Positions 49,036 to 61,779 of a DNA stretch of 64,000 nucleotides are shown here, one piece after another. The position numbers were made by a program, and so were the translations under genes. The stretch spans positions 28,540,805 through 28,604,804 of the forward strand of contig JASCQW010000109.1 in NCBI GenBank assembly GCA_030264375.1, read 5' to 3'. The notes under the pieces are model-generated. The model had not been told where the DNA came from. It ran no database searches and worked only from the letters and a program-made list of their open reading frames with translations. Origin of the DNA: Carcharhinus longimanus (lineage: Eukaryota). Position 1 is the stretch's first letter; the number at the start of each line of letters is the position of its first letter.

Positions 49036-51179
49036 GCTATGGTCATGGGAGATTGTACATTCAGGGATTGTGAAGGAATGTCAGAATTGCCTGGCCGTTA
49101 CAGATCTCAGCTGTATTTACGTGGGAAATATTTAACTATTTACTCAACCTTGTATTTAAATTTGAACAGTTGTTTTAGTTTGTTGACTTTCTTGTCTGAG
49201 TTTAATTTTCTGTTTACTTAAGGTGAGTGAGCACAGTACCCAACTACAGTGTGAATGATACAGATTTTAAATAGACAGATTGTAAATCTGTTCATTAAAA
49301 ATGAAAATAACATATTACTATTTGACACAAATTTCAAAGTAACTAATGGTTTCTGGGTATGGAAACTGTTATCTGGCCACTGAAAAAGAAAAGATAATAC
49401 ACATGGACTTGAGCCTACAGCAGCTACAACAGCAATGTAATCACCTGGATTATAGTAACCCTAAGTCACAGAGACCAGATGGAGTTCTAACAAGACACCA
49501 CAGTAAGAACCATCATGATAAAGAAAGACAAATTCTAGAGATTTGTTGATGTTTTTCTCAAAAATGTTTCTGATCTTGAAAACTCAGCAACTCAAGCCAG
49601 GGATGGGTATGTGAAAATATTTGTTTTAATCTGAAAATCTATTACAATCAATTCAATGATCAGAATCAATAATGTAACCCTGTAAGTATTTTACATTTAA
49701 ATGAGATGTTACCTAATACCAGTTTATGGGAATACTTTTGGACAGGCTTTATCTTCAAGTGATCGTGTGAGAACAAGAAAGCTGCATGTAATGTAAATGA
49801 TTTTGAAGCTACAATCAAAAACTTTGCAGGGAAAGATGGTGTCCTGGGAAGAACAGCAACATTCAATATGCTTCTGACATAAGAGGGTTGACAATGGTGT
49901 GAAATGCAAATTGGGCAGGTGGTGGGCAACTTCGTAATGTCAACAGGAGGCCTGATCATCTTTGGCGGTCGTGCTTCACTTGAGTATAATTGGTGCTGTG
50001 CACGGTTGGCCTTTGACAGGATGGGAGGGCGAAGCTTAATCATAGGCCTGCAGCAACTGCATTAAGGGAAGAGTGGAATCTTCAACAGAGCAGCGAATTT
50101 GAGTGCTAGCAACATTTAGGAACCTGTATAACAGTCAATTCTGACTTGTATAAATAGGCCCACACCAGACAGTAATGGCTGTCTAAATCAAAATCTGCCT
50201 CAGAGAATAAACACAAAGTCCGAGAACTTCTTTTCCTTGATCTTTGTCCCATTATTGCCCCATTTATAGGCTGAAATAGAGAGGTAACCAGATAATCTCC
50301 ATGCAGGTTCCAAAACATGAAATGTCTTTGGTCTCAACCAACATCGCACCCAGCACTAGTTGCTTTCCACTTGCAGGTACTGGAAAACATGAATCAAAAA
50401 CTATGACAGAACATTTTGTTTCAGTTCCTTGCCTGAATTATAACAGAGGTGATGCTGATCAGTGGTCTAGTGATAAGGCGATAAATTGTCTTTTGCAATC
50501 AAAAATAAGTAACATTTATTTTGGTTAAGTAATGTGCAGTATCATATTTTTCATGTTATTGCTCGAGGGTGAAACCACTTCTTCAAGAAACATTAAATTG
50601 TTGCAATATGTTGTAAAATGTATTTAGAAACTCTACAATCCCACCTACATTTAGTGATGTGAATATTCAGACCGATTACCAAAGCCTATTGGAGCCATTA
50701 TCAACTTTTGTCCTTGGATCATGAAACAAATATTCTTAAAAGCTCTCAACAACTCACCCTCGAGATATATATACACCAAACATTCCTGATGTATAATGCA
50801 TTCAGCACGGAAAAAAAATCACAGAATTTAATTGGTATGACAACACACTCAATAGCAGCAATGCTGCATTCACACCAATTAAAAGATCTGATCCTAATAG
50901 CTCTAAGCCTTTATAATGGTTCGTCAAAAATAAATTGGTCAAAACAGCGACAATAGCGTAGTAACAAGGGATCTAGGTGAAAAGAGTGTGAATTAGTCTG
51001 TTATTACTTACAAGCAGAAATGTGATATTTGTATGTGTAAGTTTACAAGAAAATACACAACTTAGCTTGCTGTTAGTTCAATTTGATCACTGAAGTTATT
51101 TTGAGGGGAAGCTAATAACATCTTAGCTATTTCTGGATGGTATATTAATTTTAATGTACATATACAGCCAACGTGCAAC

Positions 51180-53130
51180 AGGTCAGGTAATACAATAAAT
51201 AATAAGAAAATGCTGGACTTGTTCTGTGAATACTTTTAATCTACTTTCACAGTGGAAGAAGCAAGCAAAAGACTAGCAGTACAAAAGTACCAAAAAAAAG
51301 TGGCCAATCTTAATTGTATTCTTATAGATAAAACAAAAATAATGAAGAAAATAATGGGACTTTAGACAAATACGTTCTGAGGTCCTACTAGTTTTCACCC
51401 TTGGGCAAAAAATGAGAAATGACTGCAGAATCTACAAACACTTTGGTCATAGCTTTTCAAACCTCCCTGGATTGGATAATTGTGCCAATTAACATCAATT
51501 GTGGAAAAGTGACTGCATTTTATCATCCAGGAGGCTGTGACTGAACATTTAGACAAATATGAACTGACTCAAGAGAGTCAGCATGGGTATGTCAATTAAT
51601 CTGGTAGAATTGATCTAGTTGATGAGATCATTAAACTGGCAGCTCGGTGAGTGTGTATGAATGTTTTCTGTGCAGATTTCTAGATGGGATTTGAAAAGGT
51701 TCCATATTTGAGATTATCAAAATTACTTGGAGAATTAAGTAAACTTGTGATATTGGTAGGGAAATAGGAGACAGAAATAATAAAGTGAATCTTCACTGTT
51801 TGTCAGGCTGACTGTAATCCCTAGGAATCCGTACTGGGGCCTCAGTTATTTGCATATTCATCCATAACCGATTTGAGAATTATATATCCAAGTTTGAAGA
51901 TGACACTAAGTAGAACATTAGATTTGTGTAGATGTGAGCAGAATGCTTCAAAGGAACAAAATGTGGGAAATTTAATGCAGGTGATGCAGGTTAGCCAGGT
52001 GCCAGTGAGAAACCCATGTTGTCTTCTTTGGGAAAGGTCCACTAACTTATGAGCCAATCATGCAATTAGTAGTCCAGTGGTGGGATTTGAAAAGAGTCAG
52101 ATGTCCAGGAGTGGACAGTGGAGAGTGGAGGGGGGCTGTCTGAGAGCTCTAGCCACTCAGAGACAATTAGCTATCTTACTCCCTCCTTTCCCAAGACCCA
52201 GGATCATGGAGTGATGGTAAGTCTCGACAAGCAGGTTTTTGTAGGATGTGGACATGGGAAGGAGGTTGTAGAGGGGTCAGCAACAAAGGCAGAAGTGGTA
52301 GCTTTCAGAGTACTGTTCCCTTTCTAATGCTGTGTTTCTCCATCAGGCACTGAATGTCTTTGAACAAGGGACTCGAGGGACCTCAGTCCCCCAGGGGACC
52401 ACAAGCAAACTGAACAGGTTAGCTTGTCATGCTCGTTACTCACCATCATGTGGCCTTGGGCCCACCTGCTGTGGCAAGATGCCAATAGTGGCAAGATGCG
52501 ACCCTTAAGTGGGCATTAATTGCCCACTTAAGGATCTCAATGGATGGTGAGCACAAAGGCTGTCCATGGGCCTTCCTGTCCATCAGGGTGGAGGCAGAAG
52601 ATGATGGGGCCCATGTAATTAAATGTCCTTTCATGCTCCAAACTCATCATGGGCCAGAGCATAAAATATCAACAAATCAGTGGGCAAAACTGCGATAGAT
52701 AGAATTCCGTATGGGGATGTGTTGTCATCCAAGTTAGACCCAAGTCAAATCAGAATCTTTTAATGGCAATAAATGAGGAACCATTGAAGCACAAAGAGAT
52801 TTAAGCATCCCAATAAATAAATCATTAAAAGCTATTGGATTGGTACAAAAAGTAATCAAAAAGTCAAATAGAATGTTGGCCAATAACACAAGGGGCCCCA
52901 ATAGAGGAGAAGAAATAATTTAGTTGTCCAGAAGTTTGTTCTGACTCCATCTGGAATATGGGTATTGCATTCAGTCTTGGCACCACAGCTTAGGAATGGT
53001 ACATAACTCTGGAATTCTTGCCCCCAAGATGCTAAGAATGCTGAGTCAATTGACATTTTCAACCTTTTTTATATGAATGCGGATTGGGAGATATGGTTCA
53101 AAGGCAGGTAAATGCAGTTTCGATACAACA
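51180..53130 (+). mobile_element. Old CR1 LINE remnant interrupted by a GC-rich insert (~51960-52670)
   Basis: gagagtcagcatgg (SQHG), tttgaaaaggttccatat (FxKVP), ggaatccgtactggggcctcag (SVLGPQ), tttgaagatgacactaag (FxDDTK). Confidence 0.7.
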
Positions 53131-53739
53131 TGTTGGATTAATCTATAAACAAAGAAACATGCCATTATCGACACCGTTACGGAGGCATTATATATTTATA
53201 ATTCACTCTCCAAACACATATAAATAGCCAGGTTCTGATTGAAAATAATGGTCATTGCTGACTAATTATGATGAGAAAGAGTTAACTGCTGTACACGCCA
53301 TAATTTGAGAATTAAAAAGTACAAAAGCCAAGCCATCATGTAGTTGTAAAAATGGCTTTTTAACTGGTTAAACCTGTCCTGCGCATTCTTGTGTGCTATC
53401 CAATAAGACTAATTCTCAATCACGTGAAAGATTTAATTACACTTTTGCTCTACTTTTTCCAAGTAATGCTAGATTAAGTTATGTAAACATTTCAAATCCT
53501 TTGACGTAAGGCTTTCACAACAGCTAGTTGAAGACATGGGACAGTAAAATATCATAATGAATTTAAACAGCAAACAAGGAAACACTTGAAATCACATTGG
53601 GTACAGTATCTTATTGTTTAACTCACATTGCATTTCATGGAAGGCAAAAAGTAACCAGAGTAACCACTGTAATAGTGAAATTGGTTACTAGTGTATTCAC
53701 TAGTGTAATCTGAAGGTTGGACAGAACATAAAGAAAAGC

Positions 53740-55395
53740 AAAGAATGATAAAAAGATTAAGAAACAAGTTAACAATTTGAGTATTAATCCTCAAATAGAA
53801 AGCGAGTCTGGGGAATTAATAATGGAAAATAAGGAGATGGCAGATGAATTGAACAGATATTTTGTATCTTTAGAGGCTGTAGGAAATAGCTGTAAGTCAA
53901 GAAATGGAAGGGAGGGAGGAAAATTGCAATCACCAAGGATGTAGCATTAAGCAATTTGCTGGGACTGCAGGCTGATAAATACACATGTTCAGATAGACTT
54001 CAATCTAGGGTCTTAAAAGAAGTGGCTAGTGATTTTAATTTTCTGAAACTCCCTAGATTCAGGGAAAGTCCCATTAGATTGGAAGATGGCAAATGATTAT
54101 TCAAAAAGGAGAGAGAAAGCAGGAAACTGCAGGTCAATTAACATAACGTCCGAAATAGGGAAAATGTTGGAAGCTATTATTAAATGTATTTTGGTAGGCC
54201 ACTTAGGAAAAATTGAAGTCAAGCAGGCAGAGTCAACGTGGCTTTGTGAAAGGGAAATCATGTTTAACCAATTTATTGGAGTTCTTTGAAGGAGTCACAT
54301 GTGCTGTGGATAAAGGGAACGTGTGGATGTACGATACTTAGAATTCCAGAATGCATTTGATAAACTGCCACATCAAAGGTTGTTGCGGAAAATAAAAGCT
54401 CATGTTATAATGGGTAACATATTGGCATGAATAGGACACTGGCTGGCTAACAGCAAGCAGAGAATAGACATAAATGGGTACTTTTCCAGTTGGCAGGATG
54501 TGATGAGTGGTGTGTCACAGGGGTCAGTGCTGGGGCCTCAACTTACTACAATTTATATAAATGACTTGGATGAAGGGACCAAAGGTAAGGTTACAAATTT
54601 GCTGATGACACAAAGATAGGTAGGAAAGTAAATTGTGACGAGGACATAAAGAGGCTGCAGAAATACACAGATTATGTGAGTGGACAAAGATCTGGCAAAT
54701 GGGGATATAATGTGAGCAAATTTGAAAATCGCCATTTTGGTAGGAAGAATAAAAAAAGCATATCATCTAACTGGTGTGAGATTTCAGGCTATGAGGTGTA
54801 GCAATAGGTGTCCCATTGCATGGATTGCAAAAGGTTACTATGCAAGTACAGTAAGTAATTAGGAAAGCTAATAGAATGTTATTGGTTATTGTGAGAGGAA
54901 TTGATTGCAAAAGTAGGAAGGTTATGCCTCAGTTGCACAGGGCACTGGTGAGACCACATCTGGAGTACACTTTTGGCCTCTTTGTTAAAGGAAGGATGCA
55001 AATGCATTGGAAGCAGTTCAGAGAAGGTTTAGTAGACTAATAAGACGTAAACAGGTTGTCTTATGAGGAAAGGATGGACAGACAAGGTAGAGTTAGGAAG
55101 AGTAAGAGGTGACTGGAGGAAACCTTTAGTATTCTGACGGGTACTGACAGGATGGGATGTGGAGAAGATGTTTCCTTCAGTGGGAGAATCTAGCACTGGA
55201 GTCAATTGTTAAAAATAAGACAGAGATGAGAAGTTTCTTCTCACAGAGGATCGTGAGCCTTTGGAAAATCTACTTCAAAAGGCAGTGGAAGCAGAGTCTT
55301 CGAATATATTTAAGGCAGTGTTAGATAAAGTCTCGATAAGCAATGGGGTGAAGGATAATGGGGAATATGGAGTTGAGGTTATAATCAGATCAGCA
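53740..55395 (+). mobile_element. CR1/HER1 LINE RT plus 3' region, decayed
   Basis: gcatttgataaactgccacat (AFDKxPH), caggggtcagtgctggggcct (QGSVLGP), tttgctgatgacacaaag (FADDTK). Confidence 0.9.
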
Positions 55396-56164
55396 GGCTC
55401 CAGGTATGTTCATACATGTTGTGTTGTGATGTTATTAAAGTTCTTTCTTTTTTTCTTNNNNNNNNNNCCTTGTCAGTTGCAATATCTCTGCAACTGTTAA
55501 TTTTAACTCCAACGCCTCTACCTTTGATGGTATTGTGCTCTGTAAAACTATCATTATCTGCCCTCTATTAATTTTCTCTAGCATATTTCGCACATTCATT
55601 CCCCCAAATCCATGACATATAAACTTTAGCTTCTCCAGTACACAATAAGCTTAGATATCTATTTTCAGATGTGATTGGACCACATCAAACTCTATCAGTT
55701 TTGCCAGACTTTTCTCTTTTAAATGATCCATTGCTTTAATATGCAGAATACATATGACTTCCATTTATACCATTGTATAGAATTTTATCATCTTATGTTA
55801 CTATATGATACTTATATACAATTTGCCTCCTTGACTCACTGTTCATCTTTTGCATGGATTGACCTCATTTCATCCATAAGGCATATCTCCTGTTCCCTTC
55901 ATCATATTTCGACTTCACTGCTAGTCACCCAACTTTGCTTATTCAGACCCATTCTAGCTGACATTATAATAATCCCCACTTCTCAGGTACTGCCCTTCCC
56001 TTTCAAAAATTGCTGTCATCACTCCCTCTGCTCAGTTTATGTTAACGGTATAAAATTAATCATGTCTAGCTTGATTCCAGTGTTATCTGACAACATGAAA
56101 ACAACGAGCAAGATAATTGGTTTAAATGATTGATTATTAATATTGTTGTTTTCACTTTTTAATG

Positions 56165-56432
56165 GCTGCCTCACAGCACCAGGGACCCTGGTTCGATTCC
56201 CGACTTGGATCACTGTGCGGATTCTGCACGTTTTCCCCATGTCTGTATGAGATTCCTCCGGATGCTCCGGTTTCGTTCCACATGTGCTGGTTAGATGCAC
56301 TGGCCGCGCAAAATTCTCCCTCAGTGGACCCAAACGTGCATCGAAGTGTAGCGACTTGGAGATTTTCACAGTAACTTCATTGCAGTGTTAATGTAAGCCT
56401 ACTTGTGACACTAATAAATAAAGTTTAAACTT
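56165..56432 (+). mobile_element. HE1-head SINE variant with alternative tail (5' clipped)
   Basis: B box ggttcgattccc. Tail cacagtaacttcattgcagtgttaatgtaagcctacttgtgacactaataaa. Confidence 0.82.
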
Positions 56433-57297
56433 TAAATAACTAGATAGTTTATTAAAGGCTTAAGCAGGAAGGATGTTCTGTGCACAAGCCATCTGCATAA
56501 AACATAAAAATATCCAGCAAAATTAATTTTTGTGCCCTTAGATGAACAAAAAGGCAATTAAGTGATTGATAAAAAGGAAAAAGAATTACAAATGTGTACG
56601 TGTGTTGAAGTATTGCCTTAAGGGTTCCACACCAGTACAAGAAGCATACAAAATAACATTGGTAATACGTTTACAGGCAGCTTGGTAAAAAATGTTGATA
56701 TTGTTGGAATTGAGCAATCAGAGCATTGGAAGGAAGATAAATAAGAAATGGTTCTATCCTTCACAATGGCTCAGCAAGCTTAACCATTTCACGGGAGCCA
56801 TTTGGACAAGGGAACTCCCAGATTCACCATCTGTGCCACTAAGCTCCAGATTGTAGGGAATCAAGTTCAACTGGATTCTCCGTATTTGTGAGAGGAAAGT
56901 CAATCAGAGTTCCTAGTTATGGAACTCCACCCAGTGATCTGTAAGGCAAGCATGTGTATGTGAACTGCCTTTCCCTCCCACTCACACCAATTAGCCTGTT
57001 ATCAAGGTTTGTTGAGTAGGGAACATTTAGATGAAGTTACACAGGTGCTTGTGGAACTATACCCACTAAGGAGTCAAAATAAACAGTGAGGAGAAGTGAA
57101 TGAAAGGCTGAGCTAATTTTTTAAAAGGAAAAGAGATAGAGCTGTGCGTTTCATGAAACTGTTTCATTGAAATACAAAGCAGTATTATTGTTGAATANNN
57201 NNNNNNNNNNNNNNNNNNNNNNNNNNNNNNNNNNNNNNNNNNNNNNNNNNNNNNNNNNNNNNNNNNNNNNNNNNNNNNNNNNNNNNNNNNNNNNNNN

Positions 57298-57372
57298 AAA
57301 GCTTGTGAGTCTATTATCAAATAAATCGGTTGGACTAAAACCTGGTGTTGTCAGACTTTTTACTGTGTTTAC
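57298..57372 (+). mobile_element. Penelope pLTR terminal segment after a gap
   Basis: aaagcttgtg...aaataaa...gttggact.aaacctggtgttgt.agactt..tactgtg, recognised from memory as a shark PLE terminus. Confidence 0.5.
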
Positions 57373-57432
57373 ACTCTACCATCACAGACTCTCAGCACAG
57401 ATGATTTCCCACTGTAGTTTGACTGACCCTAA

Positions 57433-57731
57433 TTTTTTTTTGTTTTTATTCCGATTCAATCCAATCACGTCCAATTCAGAGTCTCAACAAATTGAGACAT
57501 TCTCGATCCAAGCTGATAAGACAGGGCTCTCACCTCCTGTCTTGGGCTTGATCTACATGATCCAAGCTGATTGGAGTAAGTGTGGCTCCTCCTCCAAGGC
57601 TTGATCTCATTTGCATCTTAGCCAAAAGGCTGAGATGCTGCTTTTAAAAATTGTTTCAAATGAAGCTGAAATGTAACCTAATGACTTCAACCAAGCTCAG
57701 CCTCTCAATATTACACTTGATCTTAGCCAAA
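57433..57731 (-). mobile_element. U2 snRNA-headed polyadenylated retro-element (SINE-like, or a truncated U2-targeting LINE)
   Basis: Minus strand starts tttggctaagatcaagtgta (exact U2 nt 16-35). Internal catctcagccttttggctaagat (U2 nt ~5-27-like). Ends AATAAA followed by acaaaaaaaaa. Confidence 0.75.
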
Positions 57732-59499
57732 TAAGGACAAAAAGTAACAATGAGTCAGAGCTAATGGCCGGCAGTTCAGAAGTGACAGTATTACTTCACT
57801 AAGTAACCAACAAATTGCAAGAAATCTTAACATGATAATCATAAGGGGGAACTTTATTAGTGGACAGTCCATGGATAAATGTAAGGGAAGGGTTAAAATG
57901 CAAGTAATTTCAAAGAACCAATGAACAGTACTGCTTCTCACATGTGAACCTCAAACGAGGTCAGATACTAGATTAGAATTAATACTTAACAGCCTTCCAG
58001 GACTGATTAGTGAACTAGAGGTGGGTGAACACTTGTGTTTTACAGCTCTATCTTACATTGTAATCGAGGATAAATTCTGAAATAGAAGCATTGTGTAATC
58101 TTTTGGACAATAGATCATTTGGGGCTGTGCAAAGAATTTCAGGGAGGGTTAAATGGAAAGTGGCTTTTCGGAGTGAAATGAAAGCATAGGTGGAATTTTG
58201 ACAGTCAGTGGATCCTGCACGTTCCTGATTTCACCTTGTTTGGTGCACAGGACTTCCACCAAGTCAGGGTTGTTTTCTCTGAAGCGCTGGCAGAGGAAAA
58301 TAAATGAAACTAAAATAGGGCGTGGACAGATAACATAAATAGAAGCAAGAGAAATGATACTCATTTTTTACCCCCTGAACTTTCTAAGAAAGATCTCCAA
58401 ATTTAATTTTGCCAAATAAACTTCTAAAATGAAATGGTTTGCGAATAGCCAGAACTTAGAATCAAGTAAAATGAAAGCAGCTATTTCTTGATGTGGAGTA
58501 GCCCGGAACAAAATGCATTTGTTAACAAAGAACTAATTTCCTGTTATTAACAGGTACTTAAAGATTAAGTGCTCTCATTACTCAGGAGTCTATTCAAACC
58601 TTCTAAACCCACTAAACAGCTGAAATTAATAGATTTGTCAGAAAAAATAAATGTGTTTCTTGTAAATGAACTCCATGTTTGCAGTTTGATTAACATCAAG
58701 ACAATAATATGTTAATTAAGGTTATAAGTTACTTCCTTCTTAATAAACCTAACAGTGTTTTTCAAAGTTTGTTCCAAATGACCTAGGTTGCAAATCACCA
58801 GTGCAATAACATTTCTGATGAAATTTCCATGCAGTGGCTGACTTGTCTATGTCACTTTTTACAGAATCTTTTACTGAATTCATAGACTCAAATCAACTTT
58901 CTTGAATGTAGACCTCTGTTCAATAATAGTTGAAAGAGCAGTATTTTATTTGCAGCCGTTATATATTCTAAGGAGGTGGTTTCTTTTCATCATGGTGCTA
59001 TATTTGGAATTCAAATAAACTCTTTTTCATCTCAAGTGAAAGAGAGGAAAAATAATTTTCCATTTGGACATCAGTCAATTTCCCACTTTTTTCTTGTCAC
59101 TGGTGATGGCCAATGCAGTAGAATAACTCACCACATTTCACTGCTTTGATGAGGAGGATGAAAATTGGCTGGGAAAAAGTCTAAAGAAATAGAAAAGTGT
59201 TCCTTATAATTGCTTCAGTGCCAACATTGTGAGAATTTGTTCAGTATTTTATAGCACTAAAGTTTCCACTTCCACTGACAAGATATTTGTGACAGATTTA
59301 TACTGTTTTCTAATAATTGTAGCTGAGCTTTTTACACTCATCAGCAGAACACTATGGGCTTTCAGATAGCTCTGTACATATTGATGGAATGTTTTGCAAG
59401 CAATGTGAAAGCCATATGTATGATATTATTGCATTGCAGCTCCCTACATCTTCAGTATGGAAACAGATTCGCAGATTTTCAAGCCTTGCTATGCCACCT

Positions 59500-60716
59500 T
59501 TTATTATTTCATAGAATGTAAGTCTCACTGGAAAGGCCAGCATTTAATGCGTCATCTCTAATTGCAGGCAGCGCATTCTGGACTGTCACCACCCTCTGCG
59601 TAAAAACGTTTTTCCTACATCCCCCCCTGAACCTTTCGCCCCTCACCTTGAACTTATTTCCTATCAAAGCTGACCCTTCAAATAAAGGGAATAGCTGCTC
59701 CTTATCCACCCTTTCCATGTCCATCATAATCTTGTGCACCTCCATCAGATCGCCCATCAGTCTTCTCTACTCCAATGAAAACAAGCCAAGTTTATCCAAC
59801 CTCTCTTCATGATTTAAATATTCCATCCCAGGCAATAGCCTCTGCACCCCCTCCAGTGCAATCACATCCTTCCTATAATGTGGCGACCAGAACTGCACAC
59901 TGTACTCCAGCTGTAGCCTCACCAATGTTCTATACAAATCCAAGGTGACCACCAGCACCGTTTCACCCCCCCTCCCCCGCTATTGTAATCTATGCCTTGA
60001 CTGATAAGTAATCCAGATGTTTTTTTACCAACCCATTAACAAGTCCTTCCACCTTCAAAGACCTATGGACATAAATGCCAAGGTCCCTTTGTTCCTCAAA
60101 ATTCCTCTGTGTCATGCCATTTATTGAATACTTACTTGTCAAATTACTCTTCCAAAATGTATTACCTCACACTTTTTAGGGTTAATTTCCATCTGCCACT
60201 TATCTGCCCATTTGACCATCCTGTCTATATCTTCCTGTAGCCCAAGACAGTCAACTTCACTGTTAACCATGCAGCCAATCTTTGTGTCATCCACAAGTTT
60301 ACTAATTCTAACCTCCACATAGTCATCTATGTAATTCTTATAAATGATGAATAGGGGACCCAGCATAGATCCCTGCGGTAAGCCATTGGACACTGGCTTC
60401 CAGTCACTCAAGCAGCCTTCTGTCATCACTCTTTGTCTCCTACGACTATGCCAATTTTGAATCCACCCTATCAAATTGCCCTGTATCTCATATGCACTTG
60501 CATTCCCTAAAGGACATTAGTGAATCAGATGGATTTTCACAACAACTGATGACAGTTTTGAGACTAGCTTTATATTTTAGTGAATCAATTGAATTTATCA
60601 ATTGATTGAATTTGAATTCTACCAACTGCCATGATGGGATCTGAACCTGTGTCCCCAGGGCATTATTCTAGGCCTCTGGATTAATAGCCCAGCGACAGTG
60701 CCACAATGCTGCCATC
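59500..60716 (-). mobile_element. SINE family B split by a CR1 insertion (SINE parts 59500-59563 and 60505-60716)
   Basis: Both parts match 30281-30600 in reverse complement. Confidence 0.7.
59565..60500 (-). mobile_element. CR1/HER1 LINE fragment
   Basis: ORFs 60139 (WIQNWHSRRRQRV..GLPQGSMLGP..LVDDTK), 59767 (LYRTLVRLQLEYSVQFWSP) and 59509. Confidence 0.9.
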
Positions 60717-61297
60717 TTGTCATCTTTAATAGGCATAATTTTGGGTTTGAAATGCAGCGGTAGATAAACAAAATGCAAATAGAGGTCAAACAGTTGCCTG
60801 CAAATGCGCACTGTAATGATGTGTAATCCTATTAATATAATCTCAATTACACAAGTGTCTCAGTGGAGGACAAAATACAGTACAAAAGGTAGCTGCTATA
60901 TTTATGTATACGCCAATCACAGCTGAAAAAATGCTTTTGTAATGTTACTAAATATGATTGTGTTAGTCTATATACATGTCCCCTACACATAATCCCAGTG
61001 GGTGACTTGTGAATAATTATTTTTGATTGTAAAGCCTTCAAGATATTGTGAAAGATGTATGGTATTATCACATGACATTAGATCCTATAAAGAGAAAGGT
61101 CATAAGGCTCAATATAAACATGCATAATTTGTTAAATATTTGCCTTTTATAACTCTTAAAAAGTATGTATTCCTTAGTCTCGACTAGATTTGCAGAGCAC
61201 CTATTGTGAATTCAGATGGACTTTTTTCTGTTCATTAATGTTAATTGAAGGAAAATTATGAGCAGTTTACACCTGAATTCCCATCCTGCCCAGCTGA

Positions 61298-61742
61298 ACA
61301 GCCATGGTTCAGTTGGTAGCGTTCCTGACTTTGAGTTAGGAGGCTGTGGATTTAAGTCTCACTCCAGAGGCTTGAGCACAAAAATCTGGAATGAAGCTCC
61401 AGCATGGTACCGAGAGAATGCAACACTGCCAGAGGTACCGTCTTTCAGATGAGACATTAAACCAAAGCCCCATTTACTCTCTCCAACTGACGTAAAAGAT
61501 TCCATGGCAGCATTTCAAAGGAGGACAGGGGAATTATCCAAGGTGTACCAGACAAGGTATATTCCCACAATCAGATTATTTAATCATTATGATATTTCTG
61601 TTTTTGGGAACTTGCTGTGTACAAATTGGTTGCTGCTACTCCTCCATTTAGACCAGTGATCACATTTCAAAAATATTTCACTAGCTGTATAGTATTTGAG
61701 ATATCCTGAGGTGAAATGCTATATAAATGGAATTATTTTTCT
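61298..61742 (+). mobile_element. Deu-domain SINE (SacSINE1/AmnSINE1-related), near full length
   Basis: tRNA-like head ggttcagttggtagc. Deu core gaggtaccgtctttcagatgagacattaaacc...gacgtaaaagattccatggca. ctatataaatg tail. Confidence 0.8.
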
Positions 61743-61779
61743 TATAGTAACCAGGGGCCAGTGAGGAATATCAGCCACA

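Noticed and set aside
57615-57731. Functional U2 snRNA gene
   Set aside because: Only 20-25 nt matches to the U2 5' end. No Sm site or 3' stem-loops.
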